Assembly (NCBI GenBank): GCA_013239625.1
Contig: MU054122.1
Coordinates: 1-64,000 of the forward strand
DNA length: 64,000 bases
Direction: 5' to 3'
From: Lama guanicoe
Lineage: Eukaryota
Shown here: positions 1 through 12,830 of the stretch, piece by piece
How the letters are laid out: the number at the start of each line of letters is the position of its first letter
How positions within the stretch are numbered: position 1 is the stretch's first letter
Notes under the pieces: generated by a model
Database searches by the model: none
Told to the model about the DNA's origin: nothing
Seen by the model: only the letters and a program-made list of their open reading frames with translations
Translations under genes and position numbers: made by a program

Positions 1-794
1 TCATTTCAAAAAGTGTTATTTTCACATGCCCTCCTGCAGATCATTAAATTGTTTTTGCTTTTCCTGCAATTTGCAAAGAATAATTTCAATACGTTTTGAC
101 TTGAAAAAACAGTGAACTCTATTTCATCTTTCACATGCTAATTGATGGTAAATTATAAATAAGAATAAATGAATCATCATGTTGAGCTGTGAGAAGATGT
201 TTCAGAATTTGCTAGTTTCAGTAGTATGATGTTGGCATAATTCTCTTTTAGTACTAATTTGAGTCCACAGATGAGGACACTCATCAGCATTTCCTAGTTG
301 TGCATCACTCTCTTGGGTATCTTGGGTATCATTTCTTTGTCTTAGATATTGAGATTCTATAATAAATGTGTACTTGGTATCAGGCAAAAAAAAATTATGT
401 CAAAATACACCTTATAAAACTGAAAAAAATGAATGATGTCTGTTTTTTTCTCTGCTCTAAGTGACAAAGAAAAACATGTTCATAACAAAATTAGGAACAC
501 TTCTATCAACCAAAAAATTAATTATGTAATGATCAGCTATAAAAAATAATAAAATAATGCCATGTATAGCAACATGGATGGACATGGAGATTGTCATTCT
601 TAGTGAAGTAAGCCAGAAAGAGAAAGAAAAAAATATATATCACTTACATGTGGAATCTTAAAAAAGACTAACAAACTTATTTACAAAAGAGAAACAGACT
701 CACAGACGTAGAAAACAAACTTACGGTTACCGGTGGGGGGAAAGAGGTAGGAAGGGATAAACTGGGAGTTTGAGATTTGCAGATACTAACTAAT
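1..794 (+). repeat. Near-identical direct copy of 5254..6047
   Basis: Constant offset of 5253 with 5 differences seen by eye. The same 61-aa ORF appears at 202..387 and 5455..5640. Confidence 0.97.
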
Positions 795-1270
795 NNNNNN
801 NNNNNNNNNNNNNNNNNNNNNNNNNNNNNNNNNNNNNNNNNNNNNNNNNNNNNNNNNNNNNNNNNNNNNNNNNNNNNNNNNNNNNNNNNNNNNNNNNNNN
901 NNNNNNNNNNNNNNNNNNNNNNNNNNNNNNNNNNNNNNNNNNNNNNNNNNNNNNNNNNNNNNNNNNNNNNNNNNNNNNNNNNNNNNNNNNNNNNNNNNNN
1001 NNNNNNNNNNNNNNNNNNNNNNNNNNNNNNNNNNNNNNNNNNNNNNNNNNNNNNNNNNNNNNNNNNNNNNNNNNNNNNNNNNNNNNNNNNNNNNNNNNNN
1101 NNNNNNNNNNNNNNNNNNNNNNNNNNNNNNNNNNNNNNNNNNNNNNNNNNNNNNNNNNNNNNNNNNNNNNNNNNNNNNNNNNNNNNNNNNNNNNNNNNNN
1201 NNNNNNNNNNNNNNNNNNNNNNNNNNNNNNNNNNNNNNNNNNNNNNNNNNNNNNNNNNNNNNNNNNNNNN
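795..1270. other. Assembly gap (476 N)
   Basis: Run of n characters. Confidence 1.
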
Positions 1271-1341
1271 TTTTTTTTGCAGAATGATTTCCAGTTCTAC
1301 TCAAAATCCTCTAACATGCTGAAAACAATCTAAATGCCTAC

Positions 1342-1523
1342 CTCCAGGACATCAAAGTTGCAGCTTGTGTGATATTCCACATCAAAATCGTGGATGGTGA
1401 GCTGAATGCTGCTCCCAGGAACTGTGTTAATGTACCAGATGCACTCCTTGTTGGCAGGGTAGGGGTCAGGGTACCCGGGACTGCTGAAGGAGCCCGTGTC
1501 CCCAGACAGCTCTCCGCCACAGC
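1342..1523 (-). CDS. CUBN: Cubilin exon 29-equivalent (182 nt), N-terminal part of CUB9
   Basis: Manual translation; the ORF track shows only other frames here: (G)[60 protein letters not shown]. Acceptor ttcacAG, donor GTaggc. Confidence 0.96.
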
Positions 1524-2001
1524 CTGTGAAAACAGCAAGGCTCCGTCAAGGCAGCAGCGTCCGGGAAAACGTCAAAGATCAAACTATGCAAAAGATAACT
1601 GAAAACGTACAATGCTCAACTTATGAGAAAAATTATAAAGTCACAATAAAGTTATGACAAAGCAGTTATAAAACAACGAGAAGAAGTCATGACTATGGCT
1701 TATTAAATTTATTTAAAAAATTGATTATGTTATTTGGTGCAATAATTCTCAGCCCTTATTCTCACCACATCAGACGTTTGGTAGTATTTTCAAAATGTCA
1801 TTCTAATTCTTAGATTTTCTTCATTATATTTAGGTAAGAATTTCCTAAGAGGAAGCACAATGGACTGTGGGAACAGTCAACACTTTGTCTCTTGGTCTTC
1901 TGTTTCCTTGTATCTCCTAAGGACTTATTTCTAAGTCCTTTCAGACCTAAGATGTGGAATTCTAAGCACTAAAAAATCCTTCCCTTTGTATGAGAGACTG
2001 T

Positions 2002-2110
2002 AAGAAAAAAAAATACGAAAACGAATATATGTATATATATATGCATCACTGGAACATTGTGCTGTGCATCAGAAATTGACACATTGTAATTGACTGTACT
2101 TCAATAAAAA
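2002..2110 (+). mobile_element. Short L1 3' tail fragment followed by a (TA)n tract
   Basis: gaaaacgaatatatgtat...tgtgctgtgcatcagaaattgacacattgtaattgactgtacttcaataaaa. Confidence 0.75.
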
Positions 2111-2159
2111 TTAAATATATATATATATATTTGTATATATATATAGTAGGGGTTTTTTT

Positions 2160-2790
2160 ACACAAAAACCTTCACACAATGTTTATAGCAGCCTTATAGA
2201 ACTTGGAAGCAACCAAGATGATCTTCAGTACCTGAACTAGACAAACTGTGGTGCATCCAGACTCTGGGACATTACTCAACACTAACAATAAATGAGCTGT
2301 CAAGGCACAAAAACACCTGCAGGAAATAGACATGCATCCCAATCAGTGAAAGAAACCAGTCTGAAAAAGCTACACATTGTATCATTCTGACTATCTGACA
2401 TCCTGGAAAAGGCAGAACTAGGGAGACAGTAAAATGATCGGTGGTTGCCAGGGGCTGGAGGGGAAGGAGAAGTGAACAAGCAGAATGCAGAAGATGTTTA
2501 GGGCAGTGAAACTATTCTGTGTGATACCATAATGGTGAACACACATCATTATGCATTCATCAAAACCTACAGAATGTACAACATCAGATGTGAACCCTCA
2601 TGTAACCTATGGGCTTTGGGTGATAATGATGGGTCAATGCAGGATTCTCAGTTGCAACAAATGCTCCATTCTAGTGGGGGTTGTTGATAACGGGCGAGGC
2701 AGTGCCAGGTGGGGACAGGAGTACAGGGGAAACCCACCCTCCACTCAATTTTGCTGTGAAACCAAAATTCTCCTAAAAAATAAAGTCTAC
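2160..2790 (+). mobile_element. Old L1 3' UTR (L1MC-like)
   Basis: aacttggaagcaaccaagatg...gtgaaccctcatgtaacctatgggctttgggtgataatgatg...ctcaattttgctgtgaaaccaaaattctcctaaaaaataaagtct. Confidence 0.8.
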
Positions 2791-3014
2791 TACAAACAAC
2801 AGCAGCAAAAATGATACAGGTCCTGACCCAGAGAACTTATGTCTAAAAACCAACCAAACAAATAAAAACCTGATACACAAAACCCAAATCGTGGGAAAAG
2901 ACTACAGCATATGTTTTACGAATGTTAAGATATCATGCCTTAGAAAGTAATTAAGGCAAATCATTAAAACAAATAATCAAGTGCTACAGCATGTGGTACA
3001 CAGTAAAACACTGC

Positions 3015-3230
3015 CACCACTTACCGAGCGCTTAGACAGATGTTTGCTGTTTTAATACTTACGATAGCCACATGAAGCAAGTACGATTACTGCCTGCATT
3101 TTGCAGATGAGTAAATCCGTGCAAGCACAGGTCAAGTGGCTTTTCCAAGGTTACTTGGCTTGTGAGTGATGGAGCCAGGAGACCAATCCAATGCAATCTG
3201 GCCATGCCAGAGCGCTTAATTACTATATTC
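3015..3230 (-). mobile_element. MIR SINE
   Basis: MIR core: cattttgcagatgagtaaa...ggtcaagtggcttttccaaggttac...ggagccagga. Confidence 0.65.
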
Positions 3231-5253
3231 TACTGACTCTATAGTTTGTAGGAATTCAGAGATTTTAGAATGGGGAGAGGCAGAAAAATTTATGGAAGAA
3301 GTAAAATCTGAAGACAAAATTAGAAAAAAAAGTAAAGATAAAATCAGAAAAGATAAATTATCTTATTTTCCAATAGCAATTTCTGATGATTAAAAAAACA
3401 TGGTTTGCTCTATTAACATATCTGGTTTTTCTTTTCTATTGTTTCAGAATATTCTTTGTTGGTTGGTAAATTCCTCCAAGCACCTTCTCTAACTGCGCAT
3501 CACGGTTTCTCGTGTTTAAGAATCACAGTGCCCCCTCACTGCATTGTGAATGTATGTGCACTTTCACATGAATAGGACTTAAAACGTAAGACGCTAAAGC
3601 TGTGGTCATGTCTACTACTCAACTTACGCAAATCCATCCGTACAGGGAGTAAGATAAAAAAAAGTTCTTTAAAGTTCAAAAGACAGTCTCCATGTAGAAT
3701 CTCCACTTAACTGAAAAGAGCTAGGAATTCTAAGAAGACTCTTGGCTGGGTAAAGAAACCTGATTCCTGTTCAGCATGCTACCATCTTTTTGAGTTGCCA
3801 GTTTCCTGCGTCTGTTTGAAAACTTCTGTGTTTTCAGACTTTACATTTGTTGCACTGGGCAATATCTTTCTTATAAAGTTTGTACTTTTATTTCCGGTTA
3901 AAGTCCTGAGAGTAAGCTATTTAAGCTTAGGTGTGTTGTCATGGTTCACAGACTGTGGTAAATGTTAAAAAAACAAAACAAAACAAAAAAAACCACATAA
4001 GTCCCATGAAGATTAGAAAATATTTTCCTCCTACAACAATCCATGGAAAATAATCCTGAAGCCAAAATCAGCACAGATTGTGTATGTCCTTAACACCGCT
4101 GCACAAGCCCAGGGGGACACCAGTCACAGTACATTCCGTCAAATGATGCTTGCAGGAGTATCTCACAGTGGCCAATACAGATTATCTTAAGATGTAGCAT
4201 TTTTGACTAAAATACATTATAGGTATAAGCAAAGCCATTCTGTTACCCCCATTTTTTTCAACCCACATTTTCAGCTCCTAGGGTTCTCAGTATCAATTGT
4301 TACCAAATAGATAATCCAAAGGGAAAAAAAAATCTTTGGAGGAAAATAACTTTGTAGCCACATCATATAAAAGAGAACAAGGAAATGCCAGCTTAGATAA
4401 CTCATCTCTGCATTTCTGTTTAGCTTCAGTTCACCAGATAATTGAATTCCATTTTTTTTTATCATAGTTGATTCATCTAAAATTCTGTATAGCATTTTCC
4501 ATTGTCTTTTCCAGTTGTTTTAGGTTTCCTTGTAAATTCTTTTGCAAGCAACAGGATACTAATACCTTTAAACTAGTCACTGTAAGCTGGAATGATAATC
4601 AGATTGTTGGCAGTCAGGGATGATTTGAAAAATTATACTACTTGTTCTATTTAGCCACTCACAGCTCTGGAGACCCACAGTGTACTTTTCCCTAAGATTT
4701 AAAATAAACACAAACAAGGTTTATAAGAAAACAAGGCGCAGTTTTATTTTTAGGTATGCCATGTTCTCTTCTCATGAATAACAGTTATGTGTGTGTCTCC
4801 TAAAGATAAATTCCAGTATTATTAAAAGCCATACCTTTTTGGAGAAAAAATATTGTGTGGTTGTGAGGAGAGAAAGAAACTACTGGAACCTGAAAACTCT
4901 TTGAAGATGCTTTCTTTTTATCCTTGCATACTCTCACTACCTCTGAGGTTTATTATATCCAAAGGTAACAATTTTGATTTAAAAGTTCACATCAACTGCA
5001 AAATAGAATAAGTTCATTTTAGGGCTATTTTGCTGTAAAAACTATAAAGTACTGAAAAATAAAATTAATTCTGATAATTATGATAGAAATTTAACTCCCT
5101 CTTTGTGTTTCTATTTTTTGAAAGAGATAAAAAAAACCCTTTTCAATTCCTACTCCTTGATTCAATCAATATTTATTGAGCATATGCATAGTACAAATAG
5201 TGCTATAGAAGATGGGTTATTTAATGTCTCTTTAGAAAAAAAAATAAAATAAC

Positions 5254-6047
5254 TCATTTCAAAAAGTGTTATTTTCACATGCCCTCCTGCAGATCATTAA
5301 ATTGTTTTTGCTTTTCCTGCAATTTGCAAAGAATAATTTCAATACGTTTTGACTTGAAAAAACAGTGAACTCTATTTCATCTTTCACATGCTAATTGATG
5401 GTAAATTATAAATAAGAATAAATGAATCATCATGTTGAGCTGTGAGAAGATGTTTCAGAATTTGCTAGTTTCAGTAGTATGATGTTGGCATAATTCTCTT
5501 TTAGTACTAATTTCAGTCCACAGATGAGGACATTTATCAGCATTTCCTAGTTGTGCATCACTCTCTTGGGTATCTTGGGTATCATTTCTTTGTCTTAGAT
5601 ATTGAGATTCTATAATAAATGTGTACTTGGTATCAGGCAAAAAAAAATTATGTCAAAATACACCTTATAAAACTGAAAAAAATGAATGATGTCTGTTTTT
5701 TTCTCTGCTCTAAGTGACAAAGAAAAACATGTTCATAACAAAATTAGGAACACTTCTATCAACCAAAAAATTAATTATGTAATGATCATCTATAAAAAAT
5801 AATAAAATAATGCCATGTATAGCAACATGGATGGACATGGAGATTGTCATTCTTAGTGAAGTAAGCCAGAAAGAGAAAGAAAAATATATATATCACTTAC
5901 ATGTGGAATCTTAAAAAAGACTAACAAACTTATTTACAAAAGAGAAACAGACTCACAGACGTAGAAAACAAACTTACGGTTACCGGTGGGGGGAAAGAGG
6001 TAGGAAGGGATAAACTGGGAGTTTGAGATTTGCAGATACTAACTAAT
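5254..6047 (+). repeat. Second copy of 1..794
   Basis: Direct sequence comparison with 1..794. Confidence 0.97.
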
Positions 6048-6220
6048 AGCACAGGGAACTATATTCAATATCTTGTAGTAACTTACGGTAAAAAAGAATA
6101 CGAAAATGAATATATCTATGTTCACGTATGACTGAAGCATTGTGCTGTACACAGAAATTGACATAACATTGTAAACTGGCTATACTTCTATTAATATATA
6201 CATGTATACAAAATATATAT
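5800..6220 (+). mobile_element. L1 3' end, artiodactyl/camelid type; truncated copy at ~545-794
   Basis: gcaacatggatggac...agtgaagtaagccaga...acagactcacagac...agcacagggaactatattcaatatcttgta...gtgctgtacacagaaattgaca...tatacttc. Confidence 0.85.
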
Positions 6221-7224
6221 ATAATGAATTTATTTGATAATTTGTTTCATAAATTCAAGCTGTTATTAAGCTAACAGTGAAACATTAGAACATGAATTTG
6301 GAATTGTATAATTTTGGTAAAAATCAAAAATTTTAAGTTCACATCAACAGTTGAGCTTTTTAAATTATAAATGAAAGCCAAGAACAACTATAATTCCCTA
6401 TAGTTCAATGCACTCTCTCCCTTGGTGTGGGATTCAGGGCTTGACAGTCTCTTGTTAAAATACAGTTTCTCCTGAATGAGTCACAAAAAAAACAATCTGT
6501 TTCTAAATCCATCTGCCTGTTTTGAAGATGAAACAAGGCTTCTGGAAAAATCTCAGGTGTCTTCACTTCATGTAGAGTAGAAGTAATAGTGCAGAAACAA
6601 ATATTAAATATTAAAACAAATGAAACTGCTAAAAGAAAAAAAACACATTTAGCAGGCTATGCAATAATTTAAAAAAATCGTCTCATTGTCAGCCATGTCT
6701 GTGATCTTGGGTGAGTGACCAGGTGGTCACAGGAAGGGTAGGAAAGAGAGATGGAAGATTGACAAGGCTGGAGATGAAAGAAGTTATTTCAACCAATAGT
6801 TATCAGGAAAGAACACAGTAGGTGATGCTTAAATTCCCAAAATCCTTGTCATCATCATATGACCTGTCTGGTTGAATGAATAATACAATGCAGAGAAACA
6901 GAGAATTTTCTATAACTGGGCTTCAGTCAGCTAAAATAGAGGACAATGATTTATAAAAGCATTTCAGGAGTCTATATAAAGAAAATAATTAAATGCTGAA
7001 AATACTAATCAACGTGTCTACAATGGAGTGATGAATAGAAACGTTTTGAGGGACACATATTTAGAAGAAATAGAGATAGTGGCTCTTTGCACCCAACAGG
7101 TAAGAGATTTTCATGGAGGAGATGACATGATTTCAGAGTTACACAATTTGCATGTGCGGTTGCAAAACTTTTGGAAATATAATAACACACCAAGTAAAGC
7201 ACAGGCCATGGCAAAGGACAAACA

Positions 7225-7760
7225 GACTCCAATCCTGACTGTGCTATTCTCTGGGTAACTAACTTAACATTTCTAATCCTCAATGTCTTCATCTGCAGCA
7301 TCAGGAACTTAACTTCAATAGGTTGTGACACTGATTAAATGAAAAAAAAAAAAGTAAGGTTTTTAGCTAAGTGCCTTGCATATGACAATCACTCCATATA
7401 TGTTGTGTGTTACCACTGAACAAAAGTTCATCTAGATATAGAATGAGATTTGTGAAAGACTTGAAGCTAGAATTGGAATTTTCGGGACCAGCTAAAGAGC
7501 CATCATGAATAGCTGATGGGAGATAAGAAATCAATTGTTCATGAAGCTACAATAAAGTTAGTTCTTATTTGCATGGTAGTTCACAGTTTTCCCAAGGGCT
7601 TTTAATGAGCACATTATCTTATTTGAAATTTATAACCACTCTATCAGGTAGGCGAGAATGATCATAGCAGACCCATTTTAGAGATGGGCAAAGTGAGGCT
7701 CAGGATGACTGCTGGACTTGTAACTCACATAGTGAACAGCAGATCTGGGGCCAACCCCTC
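7225..7760. mobile_element. Two MIR remnants (~7225-7410 plus, ~7590-7760 minus)
   Basis: cctcaatgtcttcatctgcagca on plus; cccattttagagatgggcaaagtgaggctcag on minus. Confidence 0.6.
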
Positions 7761-9062
7761 CCACCCCGATCCCCTCCTCTCAGTTTTGTCTTCTCTCCAC
7801 TAGGCTTGTTGGGCATGTCAGCCCTCAGGCCCTGGAGCAGCAGTGTTGAACACTGCCCTCATTACTGTCCTGTCCATCTACTGAGGAAAAAAAAATCACC
7901 ATAGCAACCTGAAATAAATGAAGCAAAAATTTTTTTCACTTAATTTGAGGCAAATCTGACAAAATCTAATATATTAACGCCCTTAGACATCAGCCGAACT
8001 GGAATAAAATAATGTTCTGAAGAGAATCACATGTTTTTTCAGTTTCAGTGAGTTAATCTTTATAAAACTTTCAGTGCTATGGTGACTGATAATCTGTTTG
8101 GTTCTGTTTTTCTCCAACTCCCAGTTGTCAGCTGAAAGGAAGCCCTTACCTTATCTGCAGGAAGCACATTGATTTACTGAACTCGTAACAAGAAAGAGTT
8201 AAATGTTGTTGCTAACCCTACTTACTTGTGAAGATAACTTAAATCTCTTTCATGGAAGAAAGTTAGAAACTTCTAACACTGTTTTGAGGGCTTTTTTGGT
8301 TTGTTTTTTGTTTTTTTGTTTTTGTCTGTTTGTTTGCTGTAAAACCAGCAATGAATTATAAAATTCCAGAACAACAAAAAACATCATTTGCTTACATTCG
8401 ATCCTTAAGATTTTGGGTGGCTGTAGTTTGTTTTTGTTTGTTTTGTTTTGTTTTGTTTTTAATAAAAGAGCTTTAATAAAAGCAAATCAGCATGACATGG
8501 CTAAATGGAATTAGAGGTACAACGTTTTAAAAGCACATCCTGTATTTCCTGCGATTACAATTGGCCAAATGCATCACCTTTTTACACTTGGCATTTTCCT
8601 GAAACTTTGTTCCATAAACCAACAGTGCTGGGAGGACTGCCAGCTTGGAAGTGACGTGGCCAGAGCCCACTGAGGCTGGAGGAGAAGGCAGGGAACGGAC
8701 CCAAACAGGACATCTTCAAACCTTATCCTCGAACTTCTGAGGGAAATGCCTGAGAAATCAGTGGCCAATGTTACAGAGAAGATGAAAAGCCAACGTATTG
8801 TAAAAAAAAAATAAAATAAAAAACATACATTTTAAACATGGGAAATGATGCTCATATGATTCATTAAAATGACATAAAATGATTTATATTTTAATAGTTT
8901 TTCTACCATTTAAAAATAAAAACTTTCTCTTCCGTGAAAACTTGAGAGGTGACTCACTGGTTAGACCAATTTCCCTCTGACATGCAGAAGGGCAGAAAGT
9001 GAAGGGACCGGGGCCCCAGGGAGAAGTTACCAATAAAGACTCTTTCTAGAAGAGTAATAGGG

Positions 9063-9415
9063 CACAAATGAACCTGTTTACAAAACAGAAACCGAGTCAC
9101 AGACACAGAGAACAAACTATGGTTACCGAAGGGGAAAGGGTGGGGGGTTCATTAGGAGTTTGAGATTAGCAGATGCAAACTACTATATATAAAATAGATA
9201 AACAACAAGGTCCTACTGTACAGCACAGGGAACTACACTCAACATCCTGTAGTAAATCATGAGGGAAAAGAATCTGAAACAGAGCATTATATATATATAT
9301 ATAATATATATATATATGTATACACACACACATATATATATATGTTTAACTGAATCACTTCACTGTACACCAGAAACTAGCACAATATTGTAAATCAACT
9401 ATACTTTAATTATAA
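9063..9415 (+). mobile_element. L1 3' end (artiodactyl type) with an internal (TA)n/(CA)n tract
   Basis: cacaaatgaacctgtttacaaaacagaaac...aacaacaaggtcctactgtacagcacagggaact...ttgtaaatcaactatacttt. Confidence 0.85.
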
Positions 9416-10090
9416 AAGGAGTAAGGGATGGGGCAGGTGCAATGTGAAATGGTAACTATGAGCTCAGAACGTGGGAAAATCCATCCCAAAACAATGTTGA
9501 ACTGTTTCCCGGAGTCTGTAGGCCTCACTTCTGACATATCTATGAGACATACAAATAATGTAATTAAAACAACTTTGACCAGAAACTTTCAGGTTGGGGT
9601 GGAATGGAGCTGGAGACAAATATGAGCTCCTTTAAAAGGCCGAAGTTGTCTAACGGTGACTATGGCATATGTAAGAACCATAAAAAGCCAGCAATTCCTG
9701 GTGTGGTTTTACCAGTTAACTCCCCAACAGTCTAAAAATGCATGCCACACTCCTGGGGGATAAGAGAAAGGGATGTGACAGGTATCTGTCCTAAGAGGGA
9801 AGACTCAAATCAGGTCAACAGTCCCCTCTGACAACAAAACCATGAGTGGGGCCTCCAAAGTTGTCTGATTTTAAGGATTTGCAGATTGATTTTCTGGGAG
9901 ATTTTGTGGCGTAGCACTGATCCTGTGAGGACACATGCTGGAGCAATTGCTGAGATGAAATAAGAGAAGAAAATCCATTAACGTAAAGGCTATAAAGAAT
10001 GTGACATTCTCTAGAGGAAAAGAAAGAAGAAAGAAGGCAAAGCATGGTGACCTCAGGAGAGGAGACAGTTGTCAAAGCTGCAGGACCTCC

Positions 10091-10550
10091 TGTATTGGGT
10101 TGAACAGTGTCCCCCAGAAATCATGTCCACCTGGAACCTGTGAATGTGACCTTATTTGGAAATAGGGTCTTTGGAGCTGTTACCAAGTTAAGATGAGGTC
10201 GTGCTGGAATAGAGTGGGACTGGAATCCAATATAATCAGTATCTTTTAAAGAAGAGGGAGACTAGGACACAGACATACAAAAGAAAGAAAGCCATATGAA
10301 TATGGAGACAGAGATGGAAGTTATGGAGACAGAGATGGAAGTTATGCATCCACAAGTCAAGGAAAGCCAAGGATTCCCAGCTCCCAACAGAAGCTAGAAG
10401 AGAGAGGAGGGATTCTTTCCTACAGCCTTGGAGGCAATAGCCCTGCTCGCACCTTGATTTTGGACTTCTAGACTCTAGAACCGTGAAAGAATAAATTTCT
10501 ATTGTTTCAAACCACCAGGTTGTGGCACTTTGTTACAGTAGAACTAGGAA
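10091..10550 (+). mobile_element. MaLR solo LTR (MLT1C-like) with an internal 21-bp tandem duplication at ~10301-10345
   Basis: tgtattgggttgaacagtgtccccc...gaatgtgaccttatttggaaatagggtcttt...caccttgattttggacttctag...aataaatttctattgttt. Confidence 0.85.
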
Positions 10551-10766
10551 GTGAGGGTGAGGACACTCTTCTGGGTGGTAGACTTCACCTGGCAGAGAGG
10601 GTGAGGAGCTCTCTGGGACCTCTTTTATATGGGCACTAATCCCAATCATGGGGCCCCAGCCTCATGACCTAATCACCTCCCAAATGCAACACTCCTAATA
10701 CTATCACCTTAGGGGTTAGATTGCAACACATGAATTTTGAGGGGACACAAACATTCAGACTCAGCA
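10551..10766 (-). mobile_element. MaLR LTR fragment (MLT1A-like)
   Basis: gcactaatcccaatcatgggg...catgacctaatcacctcccaaa...catgaattttgaggggacacaaacattcagac. Confidence 0.8.
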
Positions 10767-12599
10767 AAGTCTATTGTTGAGGAAACTAGAGACAAACTTG
10801 GGCGAGGTGTCACATTAGGAGAAGAAAACTCAAGAGCTTAGGCTGAGTGTTTAGAAAGTTTCATCTTCCATAAGGAATTCACTCCAGCCCGAGACTTTGT
10901 GATAATCATTTTGTCTAACTGTATTTCCTACAGTAAAGGATATGGCATAGAGTTACCTATTTTCAATGGTAGGGAAAGAAAAAAAAAATGAAATAAGGTC
11001 ATAACGTGAAGTTAATGACTTGGAAAATAGATACAAGGATACAACGAACTCAAAAATCAATGCTATTCATAGTTATAAAATGACTTTTAAATTACTACAT
11101 AAGATGTCATATTAATATTCAAAATTGGGATTACCATAGCCATCAAACTCTCTGAGATGTCCTGAATCTGAATATTTCACCTTAGTAACCATTAAGGAGA
11201 AATGGACTCAATGTACTCATATTTTAGGACTTTTCACATAGCATAAAATTTAATTTCCTGTTTATCAAAGGAAAAAAGTGTCCCATTCTGACCCAGAGAA
11301 GTATAGTTGATCTTACCATCTTTTCATTTTGATTAACTATATCTTCTCTCGTCTGACCTATTCATTCCAACCAAGTAAAAAAATGGTTTTCTGGTAGAAA
11401 TATTTTGCTTACAATTCAAGAGAAATCAATCAACCATTCTCTTTCTCTTAGACATTTTTGAAATTATTAGACTTCTTAACAAAAATATATAAAAATATCT
11501 TCCAAGGAAATGCAGTGAGACCCAGGCAGCCGGACTAATTTCCCCTAAGATGAGCAGTCATGAGTAAGACTGCTAATAGCTACTTCATGAAATGTCCCAA
11601 ATAGGCGAAGACAGAGGAAATGTGTTCTTGCTACATGATTTCCAAGTTCAATACTCGTACTTCTGTTTAAACACATTCATCCTAATCCTGTCTTCTTTCA
11701 ATTTAACTACTTTGGTACTCAGTGCTCTTGCAGGGAAAAGCTCAGGAGCCTCCCCTGTGCATCACTCACCTCCGCCCACCCCCAGTTCCTTCTCTCATCT
11801 TTTCCCCCACCCCCAATCTTTCTTCCACAGCGAGGTTGCTCCACATCAACAAATGGACGGATGTGGGCAGCATCATGCCGCTGTCGTGGTGTCCTCTGAC
11901 CCTCCGAACTCTGTCCAAGCCTGGGCCATGAGATTATGTCCTGTGGTTATCATACCAGGGACACAGGTCCCTCGCAGGACCAATGCTGTGGACGCCCAGC
12001 CAGCCCAGGTCTTCTCCGGCTGGGCTCCTACACTGACCAAACCCTCAAGTGCCCCACTCTGGCCCCACCATTTACCTCCAGCCAAACCAGTCTATTCTAG
12101 GGGGTTCTCCTTTCACGGTTCACTGTACTATAACTTCTCCTGCAAGCTGGTTTACATAACTAAACCATGGTAACAGATGGGATGATCTCTGTGGTCCATC
12201 CCAGCTCCAAAGTACACAATTACATCAACCATGCATAGCAACTCCAGAGGAAGCACCTTTATAAATGAGTGATAAAGCTTTATCTGTCCTGTTGAAGGAC
12301 AGATAGCAAGCTATTTTGAACTCATTGTTTGCCAAGTAGTGAGCTGCCCCCATCATTGCTTCTGACACCTGAAGAAAGACTGAACTGTGCAATTTAGCGG
12401 GGAGACCTTGGAACTGGAACATTATTTACTTGGGAAGGACGGCATATATTAACTTGAAAACATCCATTATCCTCAGTGGGAATTCAGTTGCAAAATTACC
12501 TACTATAAGCTCTGACCTTCTCTGCATTGCAATATCACTTAATCTCTTTTGCAGGGAAAAATCGTGGGGGGAAATGATTTGCTTTTAGACCAAATGCAG

Positions 12600-12830
12600 C
12601 TGTGTGAAACACAGGCTTGGGAGTTAGACACCACACATTTGGTTGCGGGTCCTCATTCCATCATTTATGGAGTTTGGGGAAGTTACTTGACTTCTCTAAG
12701 ACTCCTCCCTCACTTTTCTTATTCATAATATGGGGATGACAATGCTTATTTCAGAGAATTATTAGGAGAAGACTGGAGAAATATTTTCAAAGTGCTAACC
12801 AAAGGGCCGGCACGTGGTAAAATAACATCA
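12600..12830 (+). mobile_element. MIR SINE
   Basis: acacaggcttgggagttagac...ggggaagttacttgacttctctaag...tggggatgacaat...ggcacgtggtaaa. Confidence 0.7.

Noticed and set aside
777..1322. 181-aa and 172-aa ORFs
   Set aside because: Almost entirely X; they are artefacts of the N gap.
7028..7258. 76-aa ORF with natural-looking composition
   Set aside because: Lies in decayed L2/MIR-like sequence; no recognisable homology or splice support.
11592..12173. 193-aa plus-strand ORF, the longest in the track
   Set aside because: Pro/Ser/His-biased, no recognisable domain, no promoter or splice context; consistent with a chance ORF in a GC-richer intronic patch.
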